Below, piece by piece: positions 24,897-33,732 of a stretch of DNA of 61,383 nucleotides; the stretch's first letter is position 1, and every line of letters begins with the position of its first letter. The position numbers and the translations under genes were made by a program. The stretch lies in the NCBI GenBank assembly GCA_005880615.1, contig VBID01000117.1, positions 1-61,383 of the forward strand, given 5' to 3'. The notes beneath the pieces are model-generated. The model did not search any database. It was not told the origin of the DNA and worked only from the letters and a program-made list of their open reading frames with translations. Source of the DNA: Chloroflexota bacterium. GTDB taxonomy: Bacteria; Chloroflexota; Dormibacteria; CF-121.

Positions 24897-25781
24897 GTGC
24901 TCAAGGTCATCACGCCCAAAGAACTGGCTCGCAACCTCGATCCGATCCTGGCCGCCCTGGAAGAGAGCGGCTCTACCGTGATCATCAAGAAGGAGGATCT
25001 ACCGAGCGCCCTCCTGCTGCGCTTCGACGCCTACATGGCCATGCTGGCCACCATGGATTATTCCGGCTGGGAGCGTTGGGTGGAAGAGGTCCGGAGCGCA
25101 TTCCCGAGGGCAACCTTGAGTCCGCCCCGGCGGCCGAAGTCGCTGGTGCCGTCGTTCATCGATCCAGTGGACCTGGGATACGATCCGAAGTCGGGCCAGG
25201 TCGGGACGGAGGGCGGCCGCCGGCGGCTCGCCGACGAGCTCACCGAAATGGGCATCACCCTCGATGAGGCCGGCCTCAGCGCCGCGTACTCGCTCGTCCT
25301 CAACCTGGCCGAGCGCAAGCGCGTCCTGTACCCCGAAGACATCCGGCTCGCCGCCGACGAGGCCCAGGGTCGGACCACGCCCGGCCGCTACGCCCTGGAC
25401 GAGATCGACACCCACTTGCAGAGCGGCCTTCCGTGCACCGCTTCGGTGACGGTCCTGGTGGAGGGCACCCGCAAGAGTGCGAGGGCCTCCGGGGCCGGGC
25501 CGCTGGATGCCTGCTTCAAGGCAGTCCAGGAGGTCACCGGCATCGCCCCCGAGCTGGAAGACTTCAGCCTGGCGGCCGCCACCCGGGGCAGCGATGCCCT
25601 CGGCGAGGCGGTCGTCACCCTGAGCTTCGGCACCCAGGTGGTCGTGGGTCGGGCCGTTTCGGTGGACGTGGTGGAGGCCGGTGTGCGGGCGTACCTGAAC
25701 GCGCTCAACTGGCTGACACCCAGCCCGGCCGGCACCCATACCGCCGCCAGGGCAACTGAACCGAACCGATCGGCTGGCTAA
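24897..25781 (+). CDS. Phd/YefM-like N-terminal domain fused to a LeuA-type allosteric (regulatory) domain
   Basis: N-term MLKVITPKELARNLDPILAALEESGSTVIIKKEDLPSALLL; C-term GAGPLDACFKAV..LEDFSL.AAT.GSDALGEA..G.AVSVDVVEAGVRAYLNALN; TACGAT 6 nt before GTG. Confidence 0.75.
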   Translation: MLKVITPKELARNLDPILAALEESGSTVIIKKEDLPSALLLRFDAYMAMLATMDYSGWERWVEEVRSAFPRATLSPPRRPKSLVPSFIDPVDLGYDPKSGQVGTEGGRRRLADELTEMGITLDEAGLSAAYSLVLNLAERKRVLYPEDIRLAADEAQGRTTPGRYALDEIDTHLQSGLPCTASVTVLVEGTRKSARASGAGPLDACFKAVQEVTGIAPELEDFSLAAATRGSDALGEAVVTLSFGTQVVVGRAVSVDVVEAGVRAYLNALNWLTPSPAGTHTAARATEPNRSAG

Positions 25782-25792
25782 CCGGGCTAGCC

Positions 25793-26221
25793 CTAATGCT
25801 TGACCAGCTTGATCACTGGCTCGAGCAGCGGCTCGACGACGAAGTAAATCCAGCCGAAGATCAGGAGGAAGATCAAATAGACGAAGAAGATGCCGCCCAC
25901 AATGATGCCCAGCAGCAGGCCCTTGGAGAAGCGGTTCATCTCCACCCGGACCCCCCTCAGCAGCAGGCTGGCCATTAACAGGCCGAAGGCGGCACCGAAC
26001 GGATTGGGCCCGTTCCAGAGCGCCAGCAGGGGCACCGGCAGGTAGCAGGCCAGCTCCGGGAGGGTGCGCGGGATCAGGCCTGAGCGGCGTGGCCCGGCAA
26101 CGGCGAGCGCGCCCCCAGCCGGGGCGGCCCCTGCCCCCATCCAGCCCTTGCACTTGCCGCAGTACTGGTTTTCGGGCGCGTTGTAGCGGTACCCGCAGAG
26201 CGGGCAGACCTTGAGTTCCAT
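25793..26221 (-). CDS. zinc-ribbon membrane protein
   Basis: CPLC..CGKC N-terminus followed by about 3 TM helices. Confidence 0.7.
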   Translation of the reverse strand: MELKVCPLCGYRYNAPENQYCGKCKGWMGAGAAPAGGALAVAGPRRSGLIPRTLPELACYLPVPLLALWNGPNPFGAAFGLLMASLLLRGVRVEMNRFSKGLLLGIIVGGIFFVYLIFLLIFGWIYFVVEPLLEPVIKLVKH

Positions 26222-26228
26222 TGTGGCG

Positions 26229-26549
26229 TCAGGCCGCTCCGCGCAGACGGAAGATTTCCTGCTCCAGCTCGTGGATGCGGTTATCGCGTTCCACGATCAT
26301 CCGCTTGTGTTCGGTGAGCACCTTCCGGTTGTGGCGGCCGCCCAGATACAGACGCAGCCGACCGATCAGGGCGATGATCCCGACCATCAGCGCTCCCACG
26401 GCGGCGGAAGCCAGCACCAGCGACCAGACGGGCAGGACCTGGGACGGCACGCCCCAGAAGCTGATGGGCACGGTCCCCGGGTTCTGGACCGCGAACAGAG
26501 CCAGGCCGATCCCCAGGGCGAGCGCGATAATCCAGCCGACAATTACCAC
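26229..26549 (-). CDS. LapA/DUF1049 family membrane protein
   Basis: LFAVQN..V.I.F motif, 2 TM helices, coiled-coil tail. Confidence 0.8.
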   Translation of the reverse strand: MVIVGWIIALALGIGLALFAVQNPGTVPISFWGVPSQVLPVWSLVLASAAVGALMVGIIALIGRLRLYLGGRHNRKVLTEHKRMIVERDNRIHELEQEIFRLRGAA

Positions 26550-26616
26550 AGTAATAAACCCCCGCGTCGTATAACCCGGGCTCCGGGGTGAACTTGCGGA
26601 CGGTACACTGCCGAAC

Positions 26617-27411
26617 GTGCCGTCCCTCAGCCCGCCCGGAACGATCTGGAATACGCCTACGGACGCCGAGGCGATCCGGCCATTCCGGCTTCGGGGCGGG
26701 AGTCGCGGCTGCCTGCTGCTTCATGGCTTCGCCGGCACTCCTCCCGAGGTGCGCGAGCTGGGTGAGTTCCTGGCCGCCCACGGGTACGATGCCCTGGGCC
26801 CGGTGATGGCCGGCCATGGCGAGACCCCCGAGGCCATGGCCCGGACCCGGTGGACGGATTGGGCGCGGTCCGCCCAGCACGCGCTCGACCGGCTTCGCCA
26901 GGACTGTCGCGAGGTCTTCGTGGCCGGCCAATCGCTGGGCGGCACCATGGCCCTTCACCTGGCGGCCAACAACCCGGACATCCGAGGCATCGTGCCCATG
27001 GGGGCGATGGGACATCCTCGGTTCTTCCCCGACCGGCGGCTGTGGATCATCCGGTGGCTCAAATACCTACGGCCCTGGCACGTTCCATCGGCTGACTGCG
27101 ACCTGGGAGACCCGTCCCGACTGCTGGCCCTGCATAGCTATGCCCGCCGGCCCTCGGTCTGCATCGAGAGCCTGATGCACTTCCTCCGGGTGGTGCAGAA
27201 GGAGCTGCCCTCGATCCGGGTCCCCACGCTGCTCCTGCACGGGCGCCGCGACCGCACCGTGCCCGTCCAGAATGCCCCCTACATCCTGGAACGACTCGGC
27301 TCCGCTGACAAGCAGCTCATCTGGTTCGAGCGATCAGGTCACACCATCACCGTCGACCTGGAGCGAGACCAGGTCAACCGCACCGTGCTGGCCTGGCTCG
27401 AGCGCCATTGA
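26617..27411 (+). CDS. carboxylesterase (YvaK/Est30-like alpha/beta hydrolase)
   Basis: LLLHGFAGTP, GHG.TP, GQSLGG, DRTV, SGH. Confidence 0.9.
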   Translation: MPSLSPPGTIWNTPTDAEAIRPFRLRGGSRGCLLLHGFAGTPPEVRELGEFLAAHGYDALGPVMAGHGETPEAMARTRWTDWARSAQHALDRLRQDCREVFVAGQSLGGTMALHLAANNPDIRGIVPMGAMGHPRFFPDRRLWIIRWLKYLRPWHVPSADCDLGDPSRLLALHSYARRPSVCIESLMHFLRVVQKELPSIRVPTLLLHGRRDRTVPVQNAPYILERLGSADKQLIWFERSGHTITVDLERDQVNRTVLAWLERH

Positions 27412-29000
27412 GTTCGGAGGGCTCCTGGCCGGCGCAAGAACCCCGGCGGGCCCCGACCGCCATGATCGCCAGCCTCAATGTGCTGGCGAGCTCAGCCGGC
27501 CTGGACGTCCTTCGGCGAGGCGGCAACGCCGTGGACGCCGCGGTTGCCGCCGGAGCCGTCCTCACCGTGACCGAGCCCTGGAGCGGCCAGCTGGGCGGCG
27601 ACGGGTTCCTCCTGGTCCGGTCGGGGGAGACCGGTCAGGTCACCGCCGTCAACGGCAGCGGGGCTGCCCCCGCCGCCGCCCGGCTGGATGCCTTTGCGGC
27701 CCGTGGCGCGATTCCGGAGACCGGCTGGTGGGCATCCACGGTCCCCGGGTTGGTCGATGCCTGGCGGGTGGCCCTGGAACGCTTCGGCAGCCGTTCCCTG
27801 GCCGAGCTCTTGGAACCGGCCATTGCCTACGCCGAAGACGGCTTTCCGCTCACCGCCCGGCAGTCCCGCAGCATCGAGGCCATGGCTGCCGGGTTTACCC
27901 CGGAGACGGCCGCCGTCTTCCTACCCGGCGGGTCCGCCCCCCAGCCGGGATACCGGCTCCGGCAGCCGGCGCTCGGCCGAACGTTGCGGCGCCTGCAGAC
28001 GGCCGGGCCGGATGATTTTTACCGGGGCGAGATCGCGGCGGCGCTGGTGGCGGCGTCGGACCAGGGGGGAGGCCTCTTCAGCGCCCAGGACCTGACCGAA
28101 CACCGCACCGTCGTGCTCGAACCATTGCGGGCCACCTACCGCGGCTGGACCGTTTATGAGCAGCCGCCCGTCTCCCAGGGCATCGTGGTCCTGCTGGCAC
28201 TGATGACGCTGGAGCACTTCGACCTGCCCCACCTGGACCCAGCCAGCCCGGAAACGATCCACCTGCAGGTGGAGGCGTACAAGCTGGCCCTGGCCGACCG
28301 CCTGGGTCACCTGGGCGACCCCCGTTTCGAGCGGGTCCCGATCGCGTCCCTGCTCTCCGCCACCCGAGCCCGGCTGCAGGCGCAGCGGCTGGACCGCCGG
28401 CGAGCGGCCGCGCTGGTGCCCGCGCCGGCGGGGCCCCCCGATACCACCTACCTCTGCGTCGTCGATGGGGCGCGGACCATCGTTTCCTACATCCACAGCC
28501 TGTACAGCGGCAGCGGTGTGATGGCCGGGGACACCGGCATTCTCCTGAACAATCGGATGGCGGGCTTCTCGCTGGACCCGAACAGCCCCAATAGCCTCGC
28601 CCCAGGCAAGCGACCGATCCACACCCTGAACTCGTGGATGCTCTTCCAGGAAGAGCAGCCGCGCGCGGTGGGCGGGACCCCGGGCGCTTTTTGGCAGATC
28701 CAGACCAACCTGCAGCTGATCAGCCAGCTCGTCGATTTCCAGGCCGGCGCGCAGGCGGCCGTCGACGCGCCGCGCTGGACGATGGGATCACAGACCGACT
28801 GGTCCGACACCAGCCTGAATCTGGAGGCCCGGGTCGGCGCCGATGTCCTGACCGAGCTCCAAGCGCGAGGCCACGCCGCCAGCATGATGGGCGGCTGGGC
28901 GGCGGGCGGCGCAGCCCAGCTGGTCACGCTCGAGGCTGACGGCACCTTGTGCGGCGCCGGCGATCCACGGCCTGGGACTAGCGCCGTACTGGGCATGTAA
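27408..29000 (+). CDS. ggt: gamma-glutamyltransferase family protein
   Basis: GGNAVDAAVA, LGGDGF, DTTY (Thr nucleophile), LNNRM.GF, PGKRP.HT, GTPG. Confidence 0.9.
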   Translation: MSSEGSWPAQEPRRAPTAMIASLNVLASSAGLDVLRRGGNAVDAAVAAGAVLTVTEPWSGQLGGDGFLLVRSGETGQVTAVNGSGAAPAAARLDAFAARGAIPETGWWASTVPGLVDAWRVALERFGSRSLAELLEPAIAYAEDGFPLTARQSRSIEAMAAGFTPETAAVFLPGGSAPQPGYRLRQPALGRTLRRLQTAGPDDFYRGEIAAALVAASDQGGGLFSAQDLTEHRTVVLEPLRATYRGWTVYEQPPVSQGIVVLLALMTLEHFDLPHLDPASPETIHLQVEAYKLALADRLGHLGDPRFERVPIASLLSATRARLQAQRLDRRRAAALVPAPAGPPDTTYLCVVDGARTIVSYIHSLYSGSGVMAGDTGILLNNRMAGFSLDPNSPNSLAPGKRPIHTLNSWMLFQEEQPRAVGGTPGAFWQIQTNLQLISQLVDFQAGAQAAVDAPRWTMGSQTDWSDTSLNLEARVGADVLTELQARGHAASMMGGWAAGGAAQLVTLEADGTLCGAGDPRPGTSAVLGM

Positions 29001-29028
29001 GGGCGGCAGGCGTGGCCCCACCCGCAGC

Positions 29029-29057
29029 TTGTCTTTGCAGGGGCACGATGCTATAAC
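29029..29057 (+). promoter_or_regulatory. SigA-type promoter of the histone-like gene
   Basis: TTGTCT-17 nt-TATAAC with an extended -10 TG. Confidence 0.6.
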
Positions 29058-29145
29058 ACGCAGCGTAGGTCGACATCATTCGTGCCTTGTGACACGAAAA
29101 TCCCAGCGAGCGAGTGGTGAACTCGCAACAAGGAGGGTCTTAGGA

Positions 29146-29646
29146 ATGCCGGCGAAGAAGAAGAAGTCCGCGAAGAAGGCGGCGCCCAAGAAAGCGTCCG
29201 CCCGGCGATCGGGGGGCAAGGCGAAGAAGACCACGGCCAAGCGCAGCACCGCCAGGAAGGCCACTGCCAAGAAGACCACCGCCAAGAAGAGCACGGCCAA
29301 GCGGCCGGCGAAGAAGACGACCGCCCGGCGACCGGCAGTCGCCAAGGCGGCCGCGCCCAAGGTGGCCGTCGCCGCTGCCACGCCGGCCTTCGTCGCCCCC
29401 AAGCCAGCTCCGGCTCCCGCACCGGCCGCGTTCCGGCCCGCACCGGCCCCGCCTCGGCCGGCTCCTGCACCCCGGCCGGCCGCCAGCCCGGCGCCGTCGC
29501 CAGCTCCTACCCAGCGGCCGGTGGCCCGACCCGCGGAATCCCCGTTTGGGAGTGAAAACGCGGGGTCGTTCCCCGGATCCGAACGGGTGAAGATCGGCGA
29601 GCGACCGCCCGAACAGACCTGGCCCGGCGGCGGCCAGAGCCGCTAG
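29146..29646 (+). CDS. histone H1-like Lys/Ala/Pro-rich protein
   Basis: MPAKKKKSAKK, repeated (T/S)TAKK units, PA-rich segment; SD AGGAGG upstream. Confidence 0.8.
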   Translation: MPAKKKKSAKKAAPKKASARRSGGKAKKTTAKRSTARKATAKKTTAKKSTAKRPAKKTTARRPAVAKAAAPKVAVAAATPAFVAPKPAPAPAPAAFRPAPAPPRPAPAPRPAASPAPSPAPTQRPVARPAESPFGSENAGSFPGSERVKIGERPPEQTWPGGGQSR

Positions 29647-29661
29647 CCGAGAGCCAATCAG

Positions 29662-29694
29662 AAAGAGGCCTCCGCGCGCAGCGGAGGCCTCTTT
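29662..29694. terminator. intrinsic terminator hairpin
   Basis: AAAGAGGCCTCCGC-5 nt-GCGGAGGCCTCTTT. Confidence 0.8.
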
Positions 29695-29816
29695 GTAACG
29701 AGGGGCGTTACGACTCCGCTAAGGCCATACGGACTGCATCGTAGGTCATTGGGACCACAGCCACTATCAGGGCCGACCGGGGCACCGTTATCCAATTTGA
29801 GGAAGCTTTTCACAAG

Positions 29817-30281
29817 ATGAACGCCGCACGACGTCTGCTGGCAGCCGCCATGCTCCTGGGGTTCGCCCTGGCGTGCACGGTGACCACGGCTGGCGCTGTC
29901 GATCACCCCACAGCGGCCATCCCGCGGAAGACCCCGAAGGTTTTCATGGTGAGCCCCGCCACGGTCAACCTTAAGGTCCAGCCAAACATCGTCTTGATCG
30001 GCCAGAACCTCGCCACCACGACCCGGGTGGTCATCGGCGGTCGTGCGGCCACGACCATTGAAGCCCCGGACACCAACCACTTGATGGTCCAGGTCCCGGC
30101 CGATCTCGAGGACGGCACCTATATCCTGCAGGCCAGCAATGGCGACCTGTCGTCGACGGCGGACGAGATGCTGACGGTAAAGGCCGGGACGATCATTGAC
30201 CAGAAAACCATGCTGATCGTGGTGGGCGCCATCGTCCTGCTGCTGCTGGCGGCTCGCCTGGCCCACTTCCAGACGTTTTAG
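29817..30281 (+). CDS. IPT/TIG-like domain surface protein with C-terminal TM anchor
   Basis: Signal peptide; P.V..VSP..I.L.G.N..V.IGG..L.V.VP..GTY pattern; C-terminal TM helix. Confidence 0.75.
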   Translation: MNAARRLLAAAMLLGFALACTVTTAGAVDHPTAAIPRKTPKVFMVSPATVNLKVQPNIVLIGQNLATTTRVVIGGRAATTIEAPDTNHLMVQVPADLEDGTYILQASNGDLSSTADEMLTVKAGTIIDQKTMLIVVGAIVLLLLAARLAHFQTF

Positions 30282-30286
30282 GCTAA

Positions 30287-30333
30287 GCCCGAATCCACCC
30301 GAATCGAACTCGCATCTTGGGCGCGGGGCGGGC
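30287..30333 (-). mobile_element. internally deleted 47-bp copy of the MITE family
   Basis: TAA|GCCCGAATCCACC...CTCGCATCTTGGGCGCGG..CGGGC|TAA between convergent genes. Confidence 0.75.
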
Positions 30334-31454
30334 TAAGAAACGAGTCGAGGTCGGCCGGCGCCATTATCGGGACCGTCTGCCTGGATGGGCAGCAGGTCGG
30401 CCTGGTCGTGCTCGCCCACCAGGCTAGCGTCTGGGACCGATCGCAGGGCGGCGACGGCCCCCCGCATCTGGCCCAACGTTCGCTTGGAATCGGTGTAAGC
30501 GTTCTGGATCATGGTGCTGCCCCGGGAGATGCTGTTCTCCAGCGAGCGATCCAGGGTGGTGATTCCGTCTTCGATTTGCTGCAGATACCCTTCCAGGTTC
30601 TCGATATCGACGGTCCTTAAGTTCTGCAGGTGCAGGCGGAACAGGGCCAGGATGAATGGCACCGCCATGCTGTACGGCATCAGCACGACGCCCTCGCGGT
30701 GGGCCTCGATGTGGGCCCGCCGGCACGCCTGGAACACGGGATCCGGGACCGCCGCGATCGCCCAGGGCAGGGTCACGGACGGGTCGATGTACTGGCGGAC
30801 TTCCCGGATCTTATTCTTCAACACCCGCTCGACCTCATCGGAGATGGCTGTGCCGGCCTCGTCGGGATCGTCCCCCTGAGCCAGCCGGTCCAGGAGCTCG
30901 GGCAGCGGCCACTTACTGTCGATGGGCAGCCGCTTACCGTTGGCGAGCACGAGCGCGTACTCGACGACCTTCCCGTTGACCCGGAAATTCAGGTCGATCA
31001 TGCCCGGCGGAAACTGCTTGAACGCGTCGTGCAGGATGTTCTCGCCAGCCGCGCCCCGGGTGCGACTGCCCAGCAACACCGTCTCGATTCGCCGCGAGGA
31101 TGCCTGGATCTCTTCCTCGAGGCGCTGGCGGGCCATGGCGTCCGCCTTGAGCCGTTCGACCGCGACCCGCGCTTCCTGCACTTGCCGTCCCAGCGTTTCC
31201 TGCACCCCGGCCGAGCTCTGCACGATCCGCGTCTCCACGCCCTGCAGCGCCGTCTGAAGCCCGCCCAGCGTCTGGGTCAGCCCAACCTGCTGGGCCGTGA
31301 GGGCATCCATCTGGGCCCTCACCCCACCGAGGTCGGCCAGCGACCGGAGAAGGGAGTCGGGCGGGGTGCTCCGCCGGCCACGAGCCAGCAACCCGAGAGC
31401 CAGGCCCACCGCGCCTAGGGCGACGCCCAGCAGGACCAGATCCATGACGTTCAC
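30333..31454 (-). CDS. rmuC: DNA recombination protein RmuC
   Basis: N-terminal TM, coiled coil, RGAAGE.IL, LPIDSKWP, YIDP; SD AAGGAG before GTG 31454. Confidence 0.85.
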   Translation of the reverse strand: MNVMDLVLLGVALGAVGLALGLLARGRRSTPPDSLLRSLADLGGVRAQMDALTAQQVGLTQTLGGLQTALQGVETRIVQSSAGVQETLGRQVQEARVAVERLKADAMARQRLEEEIQASSRRIETVLLGSRTRGAAGENILHDAFKQFPPGMIDLNFRVNGKVVEYALVLANGKRLPIDSKWPLPELLDRLAQGDDPDEAGTAISDEVERVLKNKIREVRQYIDPSVTLPWAIAAVPDPVFQACRRAHIEAHREGVVLMPYSMAVPFILALFRLHLQNLRTVDIENLEGYLQQIEDGITTLDRSLENSISRGSTMIQNAYTDSKRTLGQMRGAVAALRSVPDASLVGEHDQADLLPIQADGPDNGAGRPRLVS

Positions 31455-31519
31455 TGCGACTCCTTCAAGACGTGGGCAGGACCGGTATTGCGGTCCATCC
31501 TGTCGTGGCGCATGGCGAA

Positions 31520-31554
31520 AGTCAAGCAGGGCCCTGTGACAGCTGCCTGTCACG
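31520..31554 (-). promoter_or_regulatory. palindromic operator GTGACAG-N4-CTGTCAC located 10 bp upstream of a -10-like hexamer
   Basis: Identical 18-mer TGACAGCTGCCTGTCACG also at 40918-40935 with the same spacing. Confidence 0.7.
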
Positions 31555-31572
31555 GCCGAGGCCCAGATCAAA

Positions 31573-31749
31573 GCCCGGATCTACCGGTCGGGCGCCGCAG
31601 ATCGGGATGCGGGGCGTGCCGAGCCGCAGGAGGCGACGAGCACGGGAGGGAGCGTACCCGTCGGTGCGTGACCGAGCGAGCGCAGGAGACGACGCCCGGA
31701 TCGGCCGCATCCGCGCCCGAGATGCAAGCTCGATCCGGTAGATTCGGGC
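31573..31749 (+). mobile_element. 177-bp MITE-like element, single copy
   Basis: IRs GCCCGGATCTACCGG / CCGGTAGATTCGGGC; same length and core as the 24673 and 930-1106 copies. Confidence 0.88.
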
Positions 31750-31800
31750 TTAGCTTGGTTGCGGTTGGGTGCCGAATCCGGCATATTGGGGCTCAAGTAA

Positions 31801-32046
31801 GTGGCACGGGTGGAAATTGAGCGAACGATCCTGGCCGAGGATCTCGCCATCGAGAAAGTCAAGGCGCTCCAACTCTCCCCAGTGGAGGTTTCCAGCAACG
31901 GAAGCCGGATGATCCTCGAGGGCCCGGACATCGTCGTGGCTCGCGCCTGGGTAGTGGACCCCGAGGCCTGGAAGGGCCTGGCCAGCAGCGTGGTGGCCGG
32001 CCGGGTGCTGATCTTCGACGCCACCCAGCTAAAGGTCGGGAGCTAA
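31801..32046 (+). CDS. small hypothetical protein (81 aa)
   Basis: Globular-like composition, GC3-rich codons. Confidence 0.65.
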   Translation: MARVEIERTILAEDLAIEKVKALQLSPVEVSSNGSRMILEGPDIVVARAWVVDPEAWKGLASSVVAGRVLIFDATQLKVGS

Positions 32047-32087
32047 CCAGCCGCCCACCAGGGCCCGGCGCAACCTGCCGGGATCCC

Positions 32088-32441
32088 CTACCGCTCTGTG
32101 GGATATCCCTTCTCGATCCAGGCGGCGGTGCCGCCATCCACGTTCGTGACGTCGGTGTAGCCCGACGCCAGCAGAAAAGCCGCGGCCGTCCAGCTGCGGA
32201 CGCCACTGTGGCAGACCGCCAGCACCGGCCGGTCTCTGGGCACTTCGGCGACGCGACGGTCGAGCTCTCCCAGCGGCACCAGCACGGCGCCGGGAAGATG
32301 GCCGGCCCGGTACTCCCAGGGCTCGCGAACGTCGAGGACGTAGGGAGGCCGCTCTCCCTGGAGCCGGCGCCGGGCTTCTACGACGTCGATGCCCGGCACC
32401 TGGGGCGGCGGCGGAGACGCGGCTGCGCCGGCTCTGGGCAT
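32088..32441 (-). CDS. rhodanese-like domain protein
   Basis: LDVREPWEY..GHLPGA, CHSGVRS, GGT.AW; TACGAT 6 nt before ATG 32441. Confidence 0.9.
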   Translation of the reverse strand: MPRAGAAASPPPPQVPGIDVVEARRRLQGERPPYVLDVREPWEYRAGHLPGAVLVPLGELDRRVAEVPRDRPVLAVCHSGVRSWTAAAFLLASGYTDVTNVDGGTAAWIEKGYPTER

Positions 32442-32509
32442 TCTCCAATCGTACGGACGGACCGCGCCAGCGCAAGGATAGGGTCGCCGGGTGCGTCGAA
32501 CCACCTAGC

Positions 32510-33256
32510 ATGAGCAGAGCCCCCCAACACCTCCAATTCTTCGGATCCCAGCCCCTGCACCTTCTCCACGAGTGCGCGGCCACCGAAGCGGCCAAAGGTG
32601 CCCAGAGCCCGTGCCAGCAGCTGGCCAGGCTCGATCGCCGCCCGCAGCTCGGCTTCGGCAACCCGCACGGTCCCCTGCTCTTCCTCAGTCCCAGCCCCCT
32701 GGATCCGGAAAGCGCCTCCGACGCCGCCTTCGAAGCCTGGCTGGAGCGCGAGTCGAACCTGGAACACCAGTTCCGGTGGGAAGTGGTCCAGCCCTATTTC
32801 CAGTTCAGCCAGAGAGTCTTCGCCGGATTGCGGGAGCGATTGAGCCTTCCGCACGCGAAGCGCGACGCCCTGGATTTTGCCTTCCACACCTGGGCAGTCC
32901 GCTGCCCGACTGGGAATCCCGATCGGGTCACCGACCCAGCGCTCACCCAATGCGTGACCCGGCACCTCGAGCCGATCGTGAAACGGGTCGCCCCCCAGGC
33001 AATCGTGGCCATGGGCGGGACGACGGCCGCCTACTTCTGGCAGCGTACCATCAGCGGGTGGAAGGCCTGGCGCCCGATCGAGCAGCTGCATGGCAAGACG
33101 CTCGCCTACCGCTTCGACGGGCGCTCCATCCCGGTGATATTGAGCGTGCATCCGTTCCAGCGAGGCCTCGACCTGCATCCAGAAGTCATCGCGCATGCCC
33201 TCTCCACCTGCTTGCGCCCCGAGGATCTCGAACCCCATATGCTCCAAGCCGCGTAA
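32510..33256 (+). CDS. uracil-DNA glycosylase superfamily protein (divergent)
   Basis: G.GNP.GPLLFL..SP, VRCP, C...HL...V..V.P..IVAMG..A, HG, VHP. Confidence 0.65.
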   Translation: MSRAPQHLQFFGSQPLHLLHECAATEAAKGAQSPCQQLARLDRRPQLGFGNPHGPLLFLSPSPLDPESASDAAFEAWLERESNLEHQFRWEVVQPYFQFSQRVFAGLRERLSLPHAKRDALDFAFHTWAVRCPTGNPDRVTDPALTQCVTRHLEPIVKRVAPQAIVAMGGTTAAYFWQRTISGWKAWRPIEQLHGKTLAYRFDGRSIPVILSVHPFQRGLDLHPEVIAHALSTCLRPEDLEPHMLQAA

Positions 33257-33257
33257 A

Positions 33258-33583
33258 TAGGGATTGGGTACGGCCGAAGGCCGAGGGGGGAGCGGCCGGT
33301 AGGCGCTGCGATCCACGCAGCGCCGGTGCGCAAGGGTCGCGTCTCGGGCCGGCGATGGCGGATCGCGGCCCAGACCGTCGAGGCCAAGGAGGCGACGAGC
33401 ACGCCAACGCGCCTATCCGTCGATAGGTAAGTGAGCGCGCGCAGGAGCCGACACCGGCACCGGCGGAAATGGGCCGATGAGACGCCAAGCAGGCCCCGGG
33501 ATGCGACCCTGGGGTCAAAAGAAGTAGCCGTGGCGGCTTTTGACCGCCCTCAACATCGGCCAGCTGGGGGGATCTGCCCCCTA
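33258..33583 (+). repeat. long imperfect hairpin element carrying a diverged copy of the MITE core (33387-33452)
   Basis: Core AGGAGGCGACGAGCACG..CCTATCCGTCGATAGG..GAGCGCGCGCAGGAGCCGAC enclosed by different IRs (AGGGTCGC/GCGACCCT; GCGTCTC/GAGACGC); outer limits approximate. Confidence 0.6.
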
Positions 33584-33732
33584 GCCCGTATCGATGCCGC
33601 GAGGGCCGATCTCTGAGGCGCGGCGTGCGCCGACGCCGTCACGTTGGTGGCGAGCCACCTCGCTGGCCGCCACCCCGGCATGCACTACGAAGAAGAACAG
33701 CCTCGCCGGCTCACGCCTGGCTCGCCCCGTTT

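Noticed and set aside
31455-31571. 39-aa N-terminal extension of RmuC
   Set aside because: It runs through the operator/promoter; the SD and TM helix support GTG 31454
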